A stretch of 64,000 nucleotides of DNA from Podarcis liolepis (Eukaryota): assembly GCA_965112155.1 (NCBI GenBank), contig OZ218109.1, one strand, 5' to 3'. A program made the position numbers and the translations under genes. Under the pieces are notes generated by a model. The model had not been told where the DNA came from. It saw nothing but the letters and a program-made list of their open reading frames with translations, and did no database searches. Positions 26,156 to 39,000 of the stretch are shown here, in pieces. How positions within the stretch are numbered: the stretch's first letter is position 1; the number at the start of each line of letters is the position of its first letter.

Positions 26156-26829
26156 CAGTGGTACCTTGGTTCTTAAACTTAATCCATTCCGGAAGTCTGT
26201 TCCAAAACCAAGGTGTGCTTTCCCATAGAAAGTACAGTGGTACCTCGGGTTAAGAACTCAATTCGTTCCGGAGGTCTGTTCTTAACCTAAAACTGTTCTT
26301 AACCTGAATCCCCACTTTAGCTAATGGGGCCTCTTGCTGCCGCCCTGTTCTCACCCTGAAGCAAAGTTCTTGACCCGAGGTATTATTTCTGGGTTAGTGG
26401 AGTCTGTAACCTGAAGCGTATGTAACCTGAAGCATCTGAAACCCAAGGTACCACTGTAATTTAAAACGGATTAATCCGCTCCAGATTTTTAAAAACAACC
26501 GCTAAAACAGCAATTTAACATGAATTTTACTATCTAACAAGACCATTGATCCGATCCATAAAATGAAAGCAAAAAACAGTGTACTGCAGTCACACAACCA
26601 ATCAATCAGTAGCTGAACTGGGTTCCACACAGTCAGAAAAACGAAACAAAAAAGCCACAAAAACGCAAAATAAATAGCAAAAGCGGGCAAATTTCAGCAT
26701 AACACTCAAAACGGAGCACGTTTGGCTTTCGAAAAAAGTTTGCAAACCAGAACACTTACTTCTGGGTTTGCAGCGTTCAGGTTCTAAGTTGTCTGAGTAC
26801 CAAGGCGTTTGAGAACCAAGGTGCCACTG
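26156..26829. mobile_element. Tc1/mariner MITE with a nested family A MITE (26235-26456)
   Basis: Outer TA|CAGTGGTACCTTGG...CCAAGGTGCCACTG|TA; inner TA|CAGTGGTACCTCGG...GGTACCACTG|TA. Confidence 0.85.
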
Positions 26830-28705
26830 TATATTCTGACAGAAAAACACCACACTGCAAATTAGTGGTGTCATATAAGTTGCTGACGCCTGGGGTAGGC
26901 AAGTGTTGTGCCCCCTGGTGGACTGGGCAGCTGGGGTGGGGGCAGTCACCAGGGGGGCGCATGCAGAGCCCATACAGAGGGTGAACTGAGCCCACCCCCA
27001 ACAGACTCCTTGCCCGCTGCCTCCATCCACCTGCCCACTAGACCAACCCACCTGCCAGGGCTCTGTGCCTGTCATGGGGCGCCTAATTGCGCCCCCCCAA
27101 AATATACGCCCAGGGGCCACAGCCTCCCTGCCCCCTCCCCGGGTTACACCTTTACATCAAAGTTTATAATCTAAAGGCAATAAGGCGCAGGGTCTCCAAC
27201 TCTGCACATGTTCTTTTTAGAAATGGTTTGTTTATGCCTGAAAGCAGTGGTTTTTTTCCTGGGGGGGACGCAGACCCCTAAACATTTTATGAATCTTAAT
27301 TTTGGCCTCATTGAGGGGCAGTATTTCAATATGAATCGGAAAATGAGAGTACCCCTAAGCATTTATTTATTTATTTAGGGGGAAAAGCACTGCCTGAGAG
27401 TATTTAGCCCTCTCATAAAATACCAGGGAAGTGTACGATGACAAAGAAGCATTCAGAAACCAATAAAAAGCAGTACAGAGAAATTATTAAAATGACTGAA
27501 ATTTTTTAACAACAGCACAGGCCTATCAGGGAATTTGCTTTGACTGTGTGCCTCTGTCAGATATGCTGTCACTTTCTTCGTTTTGGACTAACTGGGCATT
27601 AGTATTCCTGTTGCATGGTGTAAATATGCAAGGCTCGAGAGCACATCCATGGTCTGGGGTGGGGGAGAGCTCTAATGGGAGGCTTTTGAATTTGGCAGCT
27701 GGCTCTACGAAAGATCCCATAAGCAGTAGTGAGAGGAAGAGGAGGAATTGTATAGGAGGAGCACAGCTCTGAAGTCGAGACAGCAAAAGCTTGATAGACC
27801 AAATCCAGAATTTGAGCCAGCAGAGGAAGGAAATGCTATGAACTGATCCCTGCTGCAAAACTGCCCTGATACTCTTAAAAACCTGTAAGCTCTATATTTA
27901 AAGCTCTTCCAAACATCAACTCCAAAGCAGTGTCATTTTCATACAATTCTCCCTTGCCTTGGGAAAACTGGTATGGGTTATCTGTAAGGGCGATGTACCC
28001 CTGCTGGGCTCACAGCTCCTGATTGCTTCTGCTTCTGGACAGCATCTTAAGACATTCAAAGCTGTGAATATAGAACTCGACTGCTAAATCTTGAGCGCAC
28101 AGACGATAGTTATAGAGTTACATATAACACTTCAGGCCACAGTGACTCCCTTTTGCGCAAACCGACATTGTGCCAAAAATAACACTGGAAGCACTGAATG
28201 GTTTGCGTAGTTAAACCTCGGGGCCTTTTGAAGGCTGTCAGTCTCACATCTAACACATTCATCTGTCACACCTTTTTGCAGATACACTAAAGGTTTGATC
28301 ACCTGCTTTTAACTGCCTTTTGCAATCGGAACTTCCTTAACAGTTTGTCATTGGAACAACCTGCCTGAGGTTTCAAGCCATTAGTGCTGATGTATTATTG
28401 AGCAGGCATTCTAAATAGTTGAGAAGCGTCAGTACACCCTGTTTTCTCTATTGTAAACAACCCCACTTCCTCCAGCTGCTTTTAGCCTCTGAATAATTCT
28501 TAAAAGGAGTTGTTTCCAAGTTAGCGGAACAGAGTAGACCAAATGAGATCTTAAGCGAGTGCCGAGCGAAGCAGTGCCATTATTTCCTGTGTCTCGGAAA
28601 GGATAATTCTCTAAATGCAGCCCAAAATGGCGCTGGCATTTTAAAGTGGCAGCTTTGCATTGTTGGTTTGCATTTTGGGGTTCTCAGTAAAACCTCTGGT
28701 TTACA

Positions 28706-29051
28706 GCGGGTGGCGCTGTGGGTTAAACCACAGAGCCTAGGACTTGCCGATCAGAAGGTCGGCGGTTCAAATCCCCGCAACGGGATGAGCTCCCGTCGCT
28801 CAGTCCCTGCTCCTACCAACCTAGCAGTTTGAAAGCACGTCAAAGTGCAAGTAGATAATTAGGTACCGCTCTGGCGGGAAGGTAAACGGTGTTTCCGTGC
28901 ACTGCTCTGGTTTGCCAGAAGCGGCTTAGTCATGCTGGCCACATGACCCGGAAGCTATACGCTGGCTCCCTCGGGCAGTAAAGTGAGATGAGCGCCACAA
29001 CCCCAGAGTCGGTCACGACTGGACGTAATGGTCAGGGGTCCCTTTACCTTT
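28706..29051 (+). mobile_element. Sauria SINE
   Basis: GCGGGTGGCGCTGTGGGTTAAACC...GGGGTCCCTTTACCTTT. Confidence 0.9.
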
Positions 29052-29291
29052 TAAGGAAGCAGACAGTAGACTTGTTAGGAAGCAACAGGAGTATACTGCA
29101 CCTTCCTTACTTACGTGGCTCTTTCCCACTTCATACATGCATTTTCACCAAGGACCAGAACTGTAAGGAGAGCAGCAAACTGAACAGCAGAACATATCAG
29201 AACCGTCTTGACCCTGAGAGCCAATTCAGACAATTAAGAATGGAGATTTCAGCACTTGTTCGCTGATCTGGAAGTATAAACTACTGGACTT

Positions 29292-29436
29292 CTCAGCTGG
29301 TTAGAGCACAGTACTGATAATGCCAAGGTTGCAAGTTCTATCCCCATAAGGGAAAACTGCGTCGCGGGGGGGGGGGGGGTTGGACTAGTCGATCCTCAGA
29401 GGTCCCTTCCAGCTCTACAATTCCACGATTCTATGA
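29292..29436 (+). mobile_element. tRNA-Ile-headed SINE with CR1-type tail
   Basis: CTCAGCTGGTTAGAGC...CTGATAATGCCAAGGTTG head; GGTCCCTTCCAGCTCTAC...ATTCTATGA tail. Confidence 0.7.
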
Positions 29437-29800
29437 ATTGGCCCACAGTATGAATTGGTCAACATTCCATATATAGGACAGTGTCGCTGCTTTGTTGCAA
29501 ATTCAACATATATCCAAAGCCGCCTGTGTTATGTCCCGCTCTTCCGGTGGAGCAGAACAATTTGGCAGAGAGGAAAAAGAGGAGCGCCACTGGTTCTTGA
29601 GGCTGAGTGACATGGGTGAGATAGAACAGTTGTGCGTATAGGATTTTCCTAAGTTCCAACATACTGGAATCTGAGTTTTTATGCTGCTTGTGTCTCATGC
29701 TTTGAGAATTCCATCATGTAGTACAAACGTCACTTGAGGCGACTTTTTTTTAAGATATTGAGATGTGGGATCATTGAAAATGTGGAATGCAACACTGAGC

Positions 29801-30108
29801 NNNNNNNNNNNNNNNNNNNNNNNNNNNNNNNNNNNNNNNNNNNNNNNNNNNNNNNNNNNNNNNNNNNNNNNNNNNNNNNNNNNNNNNNNNNNNNNNNNNN
29901 NNNNNNNNNNNNNNNNNNNNNNNNNNNNNNNNNNNNNNNNNNNNNNNNNNNNNNNNNNNNNNNNNNNNNNNNNNNNNNNNNNNNNNNNNNNNNNNNNNNN
30001 NNNNNNNNNNNNNNNNNNNNNNNNNNNNNNNNNNNNNNNNNNNNNNNNNNNNNNNNNNNNNNNNNNNNNNNNNNNNNNNNNNNNNNNNNNNNNNNNNNNN
30101 NNNNNNNN
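29801..30108. other. Assembly gap (N run)
   Basis: 308 Ns. Confidence 1.
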
Positions 30109-32321
30109 ATTTTTCCACTCAGAACAAATAAATCATCATCTGCAACACTATTGGAACATGAAGAATGGAACAAAAGGAATTTGGTACAATGCTTTGAATG
30201 AAACTGTTAAACAGGCGGGGACAACACATACCTAAATAAGGACCACTTTCAAATAGAGGGGATTTCTTTAAAGCTTAACAGAATAAAAGGGAAAGCAAAG
30301 TAGATCACAACTCAAGGCTTGGTATCATTAGAAAAACTGCTAACAGGATCTGGAGGAGGTGGAACTGTAGTTCTCAACTGCAACAGACAACCTTGCAAGT
30401 TTCTAGCAGAATACAGCAAGAATTTGGTCACTCCCAGAAAATGGCAACCAATTCAATCTGTAAGTGATGATATTCTTTTCCAGTCACACTCACTAGGTAC
30501 ATAGTAAAGATTTTTGATGACCACTTGAACAAGGAAAGACACTTTTTAAAAAATCCAACTGGCATATATTTTAATCAGTTTAGAATGTTGAAATCTTCAC
30601 CCTCTTGGGCTACTAGAGGTAAATTCACAGGAAGAGCCAAAGCACACTGAGAAGTTGCATTCTGAAAGGGTGTTCCAAGAAATGAGAAGACTAAACCAAC
30701 AATCCTGGAATGTCAGCAAGGCAGGCTTTACTGAAATCTGAAAACGCAAAAAGCAAGTTATTTAACAGGACACCTCTAAGCTGCCTTCTATTTGTTGTTG
30801 AAGACTGGCACACCCTCTGTGATGTCTCCTAGACAGCTTAGGCACACGTTGGCGTCTTGGCTGGACTACTGCAATACATGATACTTAGGGTTGTCATTGA
30901 AGATTTCCTGGAAACTCCAGCTAGGACAAAATGCTAGGTTGCTAATTGGGACATAATTTACCTGGTGCTTTCATCATCTGGGCACCAAAGAAAGTGATGG
31001 GCATTACTTAGAAAGTAATTGTTTGGGACCTTATTGAAAGACCTTCTGTGCAAATACTTCATTCTTCATTGGAAGCACCATCTGAAGTCAGGAGGGTGGT
31101 GACTGGGGAAAGACCTCTTGTGATTGCAGAAAGGAGTATCTCTTCCAAACCAGCTCATCTTTTATGCCATTTCAGTATAAGAGAGGACTTTTATTTGCTC
31201 AGGTATTCCAGCATGCTTTATTAACTGTTTTTAACACTTGTTTTACTGGATCCAATTGATTTTATGGCTGCTGCCTTTTTTTCTTTTCTTTTTTTTTGCT
31301 TTTAATGTTTTATATGGACTTCTATTGTACCTGCTACTACTTAAAACTGTTCACTCCCCTGGGAATCTTATGCTGAAGAGTGGCTAATAAACGAACCCTT
31401 TATAAATGACTTATTATTAAAGAGTGGCTCTTTTTCTCACCTACGCTGCCCTACAGGAGAGCAACTGCTTGCTTAAGCACTTAAGCCAAACCCTGACTGC
31501 TTTTTATGTGGGCTTGGCTCTCACTTGTGAAAATCTGGTCCCATTACTCCACGATGGGCAACATAAAACAAACAAGTTGGATCTGCAACAAAAAGTCGCA
31601 GCGTTAACTACTCCTGATTAGCGTTTCAGCTGGCCATGCCCTTTTCTCCATTCCATCTCCTCCCATTTTCTGTCCCTCAACCCAATATAGCAGACAGCAT
31701 TTCATGCCCGCTAAACATTCTCACTCCTCACTACCCCTAATTTCCCCCAAAAAATGTTTTCACCCCCCTCCACTTTTGCAAATCTCAGGGTTCTCCCAAG
31801 GCTTCTGATGCCTCCATCTCGTGCACAGATTTTGGCCACAAAAATATGCAGAATCAAAGTACGAATTCACTATTATTATACACAGGATGCGAGAGGCCTG
31901 CCCTGTGAGAATGGAGCGTTTGTAAATGGCTCACCCTTACCAGATTTTTCTAGGTGTGCAATTGACGGGCGTGTATCCACACCCTCCCCATCTTTTTCAG
32001 TCACAATGTTTTATGGCTTGCTGTCCACACCAGTGGGCAAAATTTGAAGGAATTCATTGGGTTCTCTCAGTCCCTTTTCCTCCATCCTGAACACCCTTTC
32101 ATTCTGGGCAGGTATGCAAGTATTTCTATAGCTTGTTTGTGTACATCTTTTTTTTTAAAAAAAGGGCTATTCATCCCCTTTACAAACGACAGCAGAGAAA
32201 CTGCATACACAAGTTTACTAACTGCAGCGTCAAACTCTGCGAGCACTTGAGGAAGCACAAAAGCAACAGCGTAAAACACAGACCGACAACTCGAAACACT
32301 CCTCCCTGGTTGAAATGGCCT

Positions 32322-32561
32322 TCAGCTGTCGTCGTTATTGCCTTTGGGCTTCCGCCCGGGCAAAGGAAAAGCCGACTTGTTCTGGGCCTGAGAGAGTTTG
32401 CTCGCCAGCACGGCGAAGGGCTCGACCAGCGTCCTTCCGTCGGTCACCGTGACTTCCCACAGCTTCACCTTCTCGAGTTTGGCCCACTGTTGAGCCACGG
32501 CCGCCTCGACTTGCCTTTCCTCCACCAGGTCAGCTTTGTTGCCTAAGACAACAATAGAGCC
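32322..32561 (-). CDS. NKIRAS1: NKIRAS1 last coding exon (240 bp)
   Basis: ttttcag|GGC TCT ATT...TGA encodes GSIVVLGNKADLVEERQV...SAFPLPGRKPKGNNDDS*; NKxD motif, no CAAX box. Confidence 0.95.
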   Translation of the reverse strand, partial: GSIVVLGNKADLVEERQVEAAVAQQWAKLEKVKLWEVTVTDGRTLVEPFAVLASKLSQAQNKSAFPLPGRKPKGNNDDS

Positions 32562-32868
32562 CTGAAAAAAGGAAGGAAGGAAGCAATCCGTCAGAAATGG
32601 CAAAGCATGGGCTTTGCATCCGGTTCAGTCAAGGAACAGAAAGCTGCTCTCTCTCTCTGAGGAGGCAACATTTAGTTCAATGGACCAATGGATCAGTTTG
32701 CATTTTAATTCTAAGGTGCTGCCTTTGATGGAATCTGTATGCCACATAGTGCCCTCCAGATCTTGTTGGTCTACAAATCCCATCACCCCTGTCCGCTGCT
32801 CTGCAAGTTAGAGCCGATGCTGTTCGCAATGGTCAAGGACAATGGTTACTATAGCCTAGCAACACCTT

Positions 32869-33273
32869 GTTGGCAATGGTCAGGCATCATGGGTGTTGTA
32901 GTCTGACAACACTTGATGATGTTGGCAATGGTCAAGGATCATGGGTATTGTAGTCCAACAACACTTGATGATGTTGGCAATGGTCAAGGATCATGGGTAT
33001 TGCAGTCCAACAACACTTGATGATGTTGACAATGGTGAAGGATCATGGGTATTGTAGTCCCAACACTTGATGTTGTTGGCAATGGTCAGGGATCATGGGT
33101 ATTGTAGTCCAACAACACTTGATGTTGTTGGCAATGGTCAGGGATCATGGGTATTGTAGTCCAACAACACTTGATGTTGTTGGCAATGGTCAGGGATCAT
33201 GGGTATTGTAGTCCGACAACACTTGATGTTGTTGGCAATGGTCAGGGATCATGGGTATTGTAGTCCGACAACA
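32869..33273. repeat. 52-bp minisatellite, ~8 units, derived from a MITE arm
   Basis: Unit GTTGGCAATGGTCAGGGATCATGGGTATTGTAGTCCAACAACACTTGATGTT starts at 32869, 32921, 32973, 33025, 33075, 33127, 33179 and 33231. Confidence 0.95.
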
Positions 33274-34205
33274 TCTGCTGGGCACCAAATTGGCTACTCC
33301 TGCCATATATCAATCCATGTAATCTGTTGCTAAAAATAAAAAAAAGTCAGACGCTACTAAGATGGTATTAGGTTTCAAGAGGAGCCCAAGATGTCAGCGA
33401 AGCAAGGAATTGCTCCCAGTTTCTAAAGCCCAGTGACTAAGATTGCCCGTGCAAAAGTATCCTTGGTATGTTGTGGTGTATTGAAAAATACAAGCGGCTG
33501 CAAGCCCAGAAACAAATAGTGGCCAGGAAACCTGCAGGTGAGCATATTAAATTATACTACTTAAATACGGCTCTTCTTTCCTATGAAACATGACACAGGG
33601 ATGTTGCTATGAGCTTCGAGATTATTCAGGCAGGCCACACCAAATCCAGAACACAGGCATGCCAAACGCTTTGGGTGTGTTCAGCTCGGCAGTTACGTAA
33701 GACTCTAAGACTGAATGTTTTTCCTCACCTCCTTGTAAGATGACGAGGTGTATTACTCAGCCTGCAATAAGGCAGCCCTGTTGCGTCTTGGGGCCCAGCC
33801 TGCTCATTTTGCTGAGTAAGTCTGTGCCCCAAAGTATGATGGCAGCACTGGCTGCATTGTGGCTGGGCTGGTTTGGAAGCAAGTTGTGATTAAGATTGTT
33901 CCCGGCTGGTTTTCAACCCACATCGTCCTTTGCGATCTTGCCAGTCTAACTGCAAAGTTAGTTATTCTCCTTTTCTTTCCTAAAGCGATTACTCCAGTTC
34001 TCAGCTTTGCTTCGTTCTCTGCTTCTCTCTTCAGTTCTGCTGCCAATTTTCTTTCCTTTTGGATCTTCCTTCCCCCAGTTCTTTCCTTTACGGTACTGAT
34101 GTACTTTGGCTTCTTCTAAACTGCCACTTTGGCTTCTTCTAAACTGCCTTCCCTTTTCCCTATTTGCCTTATTACAGTCATGGCTGGCGCCCACTGGGAT
34201 TAGTA

Positions 34206-35212
34206 CCATATTTTTCGCTCTATAACATGCACCTGACCATAACAGGCACATAGTTTTTAGAGGAGGAAAACAAGAAAAAAAAAACTGAATGAAACAGTGG
34301 ATGTATCATTTTTGTGCTTCATGCTGAGGCCACAGACATGTGATTTGACGGTGAGTTTGGGGTAGCCCAATGCAAAAATCCTGAGAAGCCATGTGGATCT
34401 GAGCTTGATAACCACGTTTTTGCACCATTGTGGCCCCAGGCAACAGTGGGTGTATGATTTTTTTTGGTGCAGGCTGTAGCCATGGACATATAATGTGATC
34501 TGATGGTGAATTTGGGGTGACCCAATGCAAGGATCCTGAGGATCCATGTGGATCCGTGCTTTGTAACCACGTTTTAAGTGGGGAGGGAAGGAAAAACACA
34601 GAAGGGACAAGGAGCACGAGAGGGGTGTGCGGAGAAGCAGCTGGCTAACAATGCAGGAGAGGGGTATAACGGGAGGAAGGAAAGGAAGGCAAAAGTTTCC
34701 ACCCACCCACCCACCCAAGCCAGCCCCCCCTCCCACCTGCATGTTTTCCGGCTGCCTGCGAGTCCCTAGAATGCTGGATGCACCAGCAGCAGCACCGGAG
34801 CACGGAGAGGAGGAGGTGGTCGCTGTAGGCTGCGCTCCTAGCCGACAGAACCTGAGCCGGGTGGGCTGGAGCCTGCGCGCAGTGTGACTAGGAAGGAATT
34901 AGAAGGAAGGACGCGGTCCTTTCCTTTCCCCTCTGCTTGCCAGGGGGGCAGGGCATTTCCATGCTCTTCGTTGCGTTTGAGCAAACACAGCAAACGAAAA
35001 CAGAAGAGGGTGGGCAGTAAGACCCTGAGGCAGAATGCAGGAAAGCAGCAGCTTCCTCTCTGCAGCCTTCCCTCCTCCGCGCAATCTGATTTTTGCCCCT
35101 GTACTTGGGCCAGTCAGCTCCAGGGACCACACATTCGCTCAATAACACGCACAGACACTTCCCCTTACTTTTTAGGAGAAAAAATGTGCGTGTTATAGAG
35201 AGAAAAATACGG
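34206..35212. mobile_element. Tc2/pogo-like non-autonomous element
   Basis: TA|CCATATTTTTCGCTCTATAAC...GTTATAGAGAGAAAAATACGG|TA; internal ~130-bp duplication. Confidence 0.8.
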
Positions 35213-36853
35213 TAAGCCAGAAGGCAGGGAGGTCAACAGTAGGTGGCACCAGAGATGAGTAATTCTACCCTTGTCCCCAGCCTCCTCCCTACTGAGTTCT
35301 AACAAGGCAACACTGAAACAACATTTAGAGCGCTACGATTCCACTTTAAACATAGTTTCCTCCAAAGAATTCTGGGTTAAAATTCCCAGCATTCCCTGTG
35401 AAGAGGGATTGTGCGCTTTTCTGGTTTTGTGCAAATCTGAGGGATCAAAAGGGGGGGGTTATATAATTTACGAAGACTCTTTTTAATGCCAGCAGACATT
35501 TTAACTGAATTTTTATTTTACAATATTAAACTATTTTTATTTACATTGGATCAAGTTTCTTATTATACACCACTCTAATTATCAGTAAGCGGCATTTAAA
35601 TTATTGAAATAAAATTCTCTAATGTCGCTAATTATAATTTTCTAATTATAAATTATTGAAATAAATTAGTAGCAAGTTTCTAGCAACCATGGTTGCTTTT
35701 GCATTTAAAAAGCAATTTTCTCTAAGGGCGCTGAGACAAGGCAGGATTTGGGGAAAACTTCAAAATGACCAGGGTAAGAGAGTAGCTGTTCACTTTTCAC
35801 AATTTGCTTCTCTTGTGGGTTTTTAAGATTATACCTTTGCTCCTGGTTATTTTATCAAATCCCTACTGTTCTTGAATTTGCATCTAAGGAATCAGGAAGT
35901 AGAATATATGGCACTATTCAAACAACCTGTTCTCTCTTCCAAAAGTGAGCAACAGAGACAGTGCCGAACGTCAGCTGTCTTAACAATATTTGAATTGTTT
36001 TGATTTACGGTTTTGATTTTGTGATGCACTGAATTACAACCACAGATGAAAGGGTATTCACGACTCGTTCCGTCCTTTGTTGTGTCGAACTACAAACCCC
36101 ATGGGAATGCAAATACTACTTTCAAACCGCTAACATTAAAAGAGAGACAGAGAGAGAAAAATCTATTCTGCCTTACAGTTAAAACGAAACAGAGGAGAGG
36201 AATCACAAGGGATCTTTCTGTGCAGCAAAGTGACTCAGTCGATTGCTTGCTCACAGGAGAGGCAGCCTGTGTTTCCAGGTTCTTTGATGCAATGTGTGTG
36301 TAGTCAAATTAGGAAGCCGTATCCTAAATAGCACTTGCTATGACAACCGATTATATAATTGGATTAGGAAAGAAACTTCGTAGTAAACAAAGCAGTTACT
36401 GTGCTGTTAATAACAACCTGTTTCACTTTTCTGAGTTATTAATAGCTGGTTGTAATGACTCACCCTGGTCCAGCAACATATCTGGGCACATTGAGGGGCT
36501 GCCCTTAGGCAGCCCTGGTGAGAGAATCCGCAATACCACCAATCAGCTGTTTGGGGGAGAAAATGTGGGGGTTAAATTTAACCCCTTTCAAACAGCTGGT
36601 CTTGTGCTGTATTGTTTTTTCTGACTCAGTCAATATGGATGCCTGGGGTTCCTCAGGGACACCATGGGACCCTCATATACCTAAGGCACCCTGTCCCTCC
36701 CAATTCTCAGTTTTATTTTAAATCAAGGTATTTTGCATTGACCCTACACATGCAGCAGAAGTGGGCAGGTGTTAAAATGGACTGTACTACTTTGGCTTAC
36801 AAGTGTAGCACACAACTTTTGAACGCTCTGCCATGTTGTTGTTGCTTTATATA

Positions 36854-37218
36854 CCCTATTTTTTGCACCATAACACTCACTTTTTTCCTCCTAGAAAGTA
36901 AGGGGAAATGTCTGTGCGTGTTATGGAGCGAATGCCTACGGGTGGCGGGGGGGATCTGCTGCAGTCGTGAGCAGAGGATCCATGGTTCCCCTTCCTTCCC
37001 TCCTCTGTGGTTACAAAGCATGGATCCACATGGATCCTCAGGATTTTTGCATTGGGCTACTCCAAACTCACTGTCAGATCACATGTCTGTGGCCACAGCA
37101 TGAACCACAAAAATCATATATCCACTATTTCGTTTAGAATATTTTTTTCCTTGTTTTCCTCCTCTAAAAACTACGTGCGTGTTATGGTCTGGTGCGTGTT
37201 ATAGAGCGAAAAATACGG
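36854..37218. mobile_element. Tc2/pogo-like MITE, inverted relative to 34206
   Basis: TA|CCCTATTTTTTGC...GCGAAAAATACGG|TA; interior is the reverse complement of part of the 34206 element. Confidence 0.8.
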
Positions 37219-38402
37219 TATATTTTTCTGAAGTTTTTTTTAATTAAGTTTCCCAAAATTTCACACATACATTTCAATATATAATAAAAACTCCCCCTCC
37301 CCGACTTCCCACCCCCTTTTCTATGCTGTTTCTGTTTCTCTCCCTCAGCTGTCTTCTATCGCTTAAACCTCGACAAAACTACGGTAATTTTCAATCCCTT
37401 CTGTTGCTCATAGTTCACATCCTCCTTGCTCATCATATTATAATATTGCTCATATTATAATATTTTTTTAAATAATCCGAGAAGCGTTTCCATTCTTCCA
37501 CAAAACCTCCTCCATTAGGTTCTCTTATTTTAGCTGTTGACTTTGCCAATTCTGCATATTGCTCAACCATTCTTCTTCAGTGGGTTATTTCTGCCTTTTA
37601 AAAGCTTCCTGTTAATAGAAATTAGCACTTGGGGGAAGAAAATGTTCCCTCGTCCTTACTTCGTTGAGTCTTTGACGCAGGGGAGCATTCGAAAATGCGA
37701 CGTGGTCCATTCTACTCCCTCACGGGTCCAGACTGAGGTAAGCACTGAAGGATTACTTCACAGAATAGGATTGCACTCCTTCCTTTAACCTCCCCGAGTC
37801 TTGCGGTCTGTATGTCAAAGTCAGGAACGCTACGAAATTTGCGGTGATGAAACAGGAGCGATTGGCTGCGCTGCAGGCAGGCCCCATTTTTGGGGAATGC
37901 TGGGAATCCACTTCCTCCTTTACACAAGGCTCAGGATACACAATCAAAGAAGAACACTGAGTAACCACGCCTCTGACTGCTATATTAAGAGTCCATGAAA
38001 AGGTAGCAAAGGCCTCTTTCCGATGCAACCTTAATCGATGCAACCGGCAAGCCCTGAGTTACGTAAGAACTTTGCTCTGACAACAGCCAAACATTACATA
38101 ACTGCAGTCTTGTGCTGACTTGCTTTAAATGGCCCCAGACGAATGCTTCCTTCCTTTCTTTTTTTGTTACAGGCACTTAGTTAAGAGATCTATTATGGAT
38201 TCACTCTCTCTTTACATGTAGAATTTATTGCAGGAAAATACAGAGCCCTGCGTAGGTGATACTGTTCAGCTTGCTGAGCTGCAGCAATCGATAAACAAAC
38301 ATTGATGAAGCCATTTCCCTGTGAAGGGTCTGATTTAGTAGCCACGGTGAAACCCCTAAAAAAAACCCTGATTAAATCCATTATCTTAGTATTACTGTTA
38401 TA

Positions 38403-38636
38403 CAGTGGTACCTCGGGTTAAGAACTTAATTTGTTCTGGAGGTTCGTTCTTAACCTGAAACTGTTCTTAACCTGAGGTACCACTTTAGCTAATGGGGCCT
38501 CCTGCTGCTGCCGCCGTGCGATTTCTGTTCTCATCCTGAAGCAAAGTTCTTAACCCGAGGTACTATTTCTGGGTTAGCGGAGTCTGTAACCTGAAGCGTC
38601 TGTAACCTGAAGCATTTGTAACCCGAGGTACCACTG
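38403..38636. mobile_element. Tc1/mariner MITE family A
   Basis: Perfect TIR CAGTGGTACCTCGGGTTA / TAACCCGAGGTACCACTG with TA TSD. Confidence 0.92.
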
Positions 38637-38799
38637 TAGTTGCTTTGGAAGACGATAATCAGGCATCCACACAACACGACCAGTCCAACGAAGGTACCAC
38701 TGTAATAGTTTTTATCCCGACACTTTCCTTGGCACCTTACAGACTAACCTTACAGATTATGGCAGAAGATGATATTAAGGCAAAAAGCGCTTCCAATCT

Positions 38800-39000
38800 G
38801 TTTTTATTTATTTATGACAATTAGAGGGCAATCTTTATCTTCCAAGGAGCTCAAGGCGGTGTCCGTAGTTCTCCCCCTCCCCATTTAATCCTCACAACAA
38901 CCCTGTTAGGTAGGTTAGGCTAAGAGAGGGTGACTGACCCGAGGTCATCCAGTAAGCTGAGGGGATTTGAAACCGTCTCCCAGGTCCTAGTCCAACACTC
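38800..39000 (-). mobile_element. MIR/CORE-like SINE fragment
   Basis: TTTAATCCTCACAACAACCCTGTTAGGTAGG...GACCCGAGGTCA core. Confidence 0.6.

Noticed and set aside
29730-30235. ORFs with poly-X (also 9821-10136)
   Set aside because: Artefacts of N gaps.
32869-33273. Regularly spaced repeats resembling a CRISPR array
   Set aside because: Units are head-to-tail with no unique spacers, derive from a MITE, and the genome is vertebrate with no cas genes.
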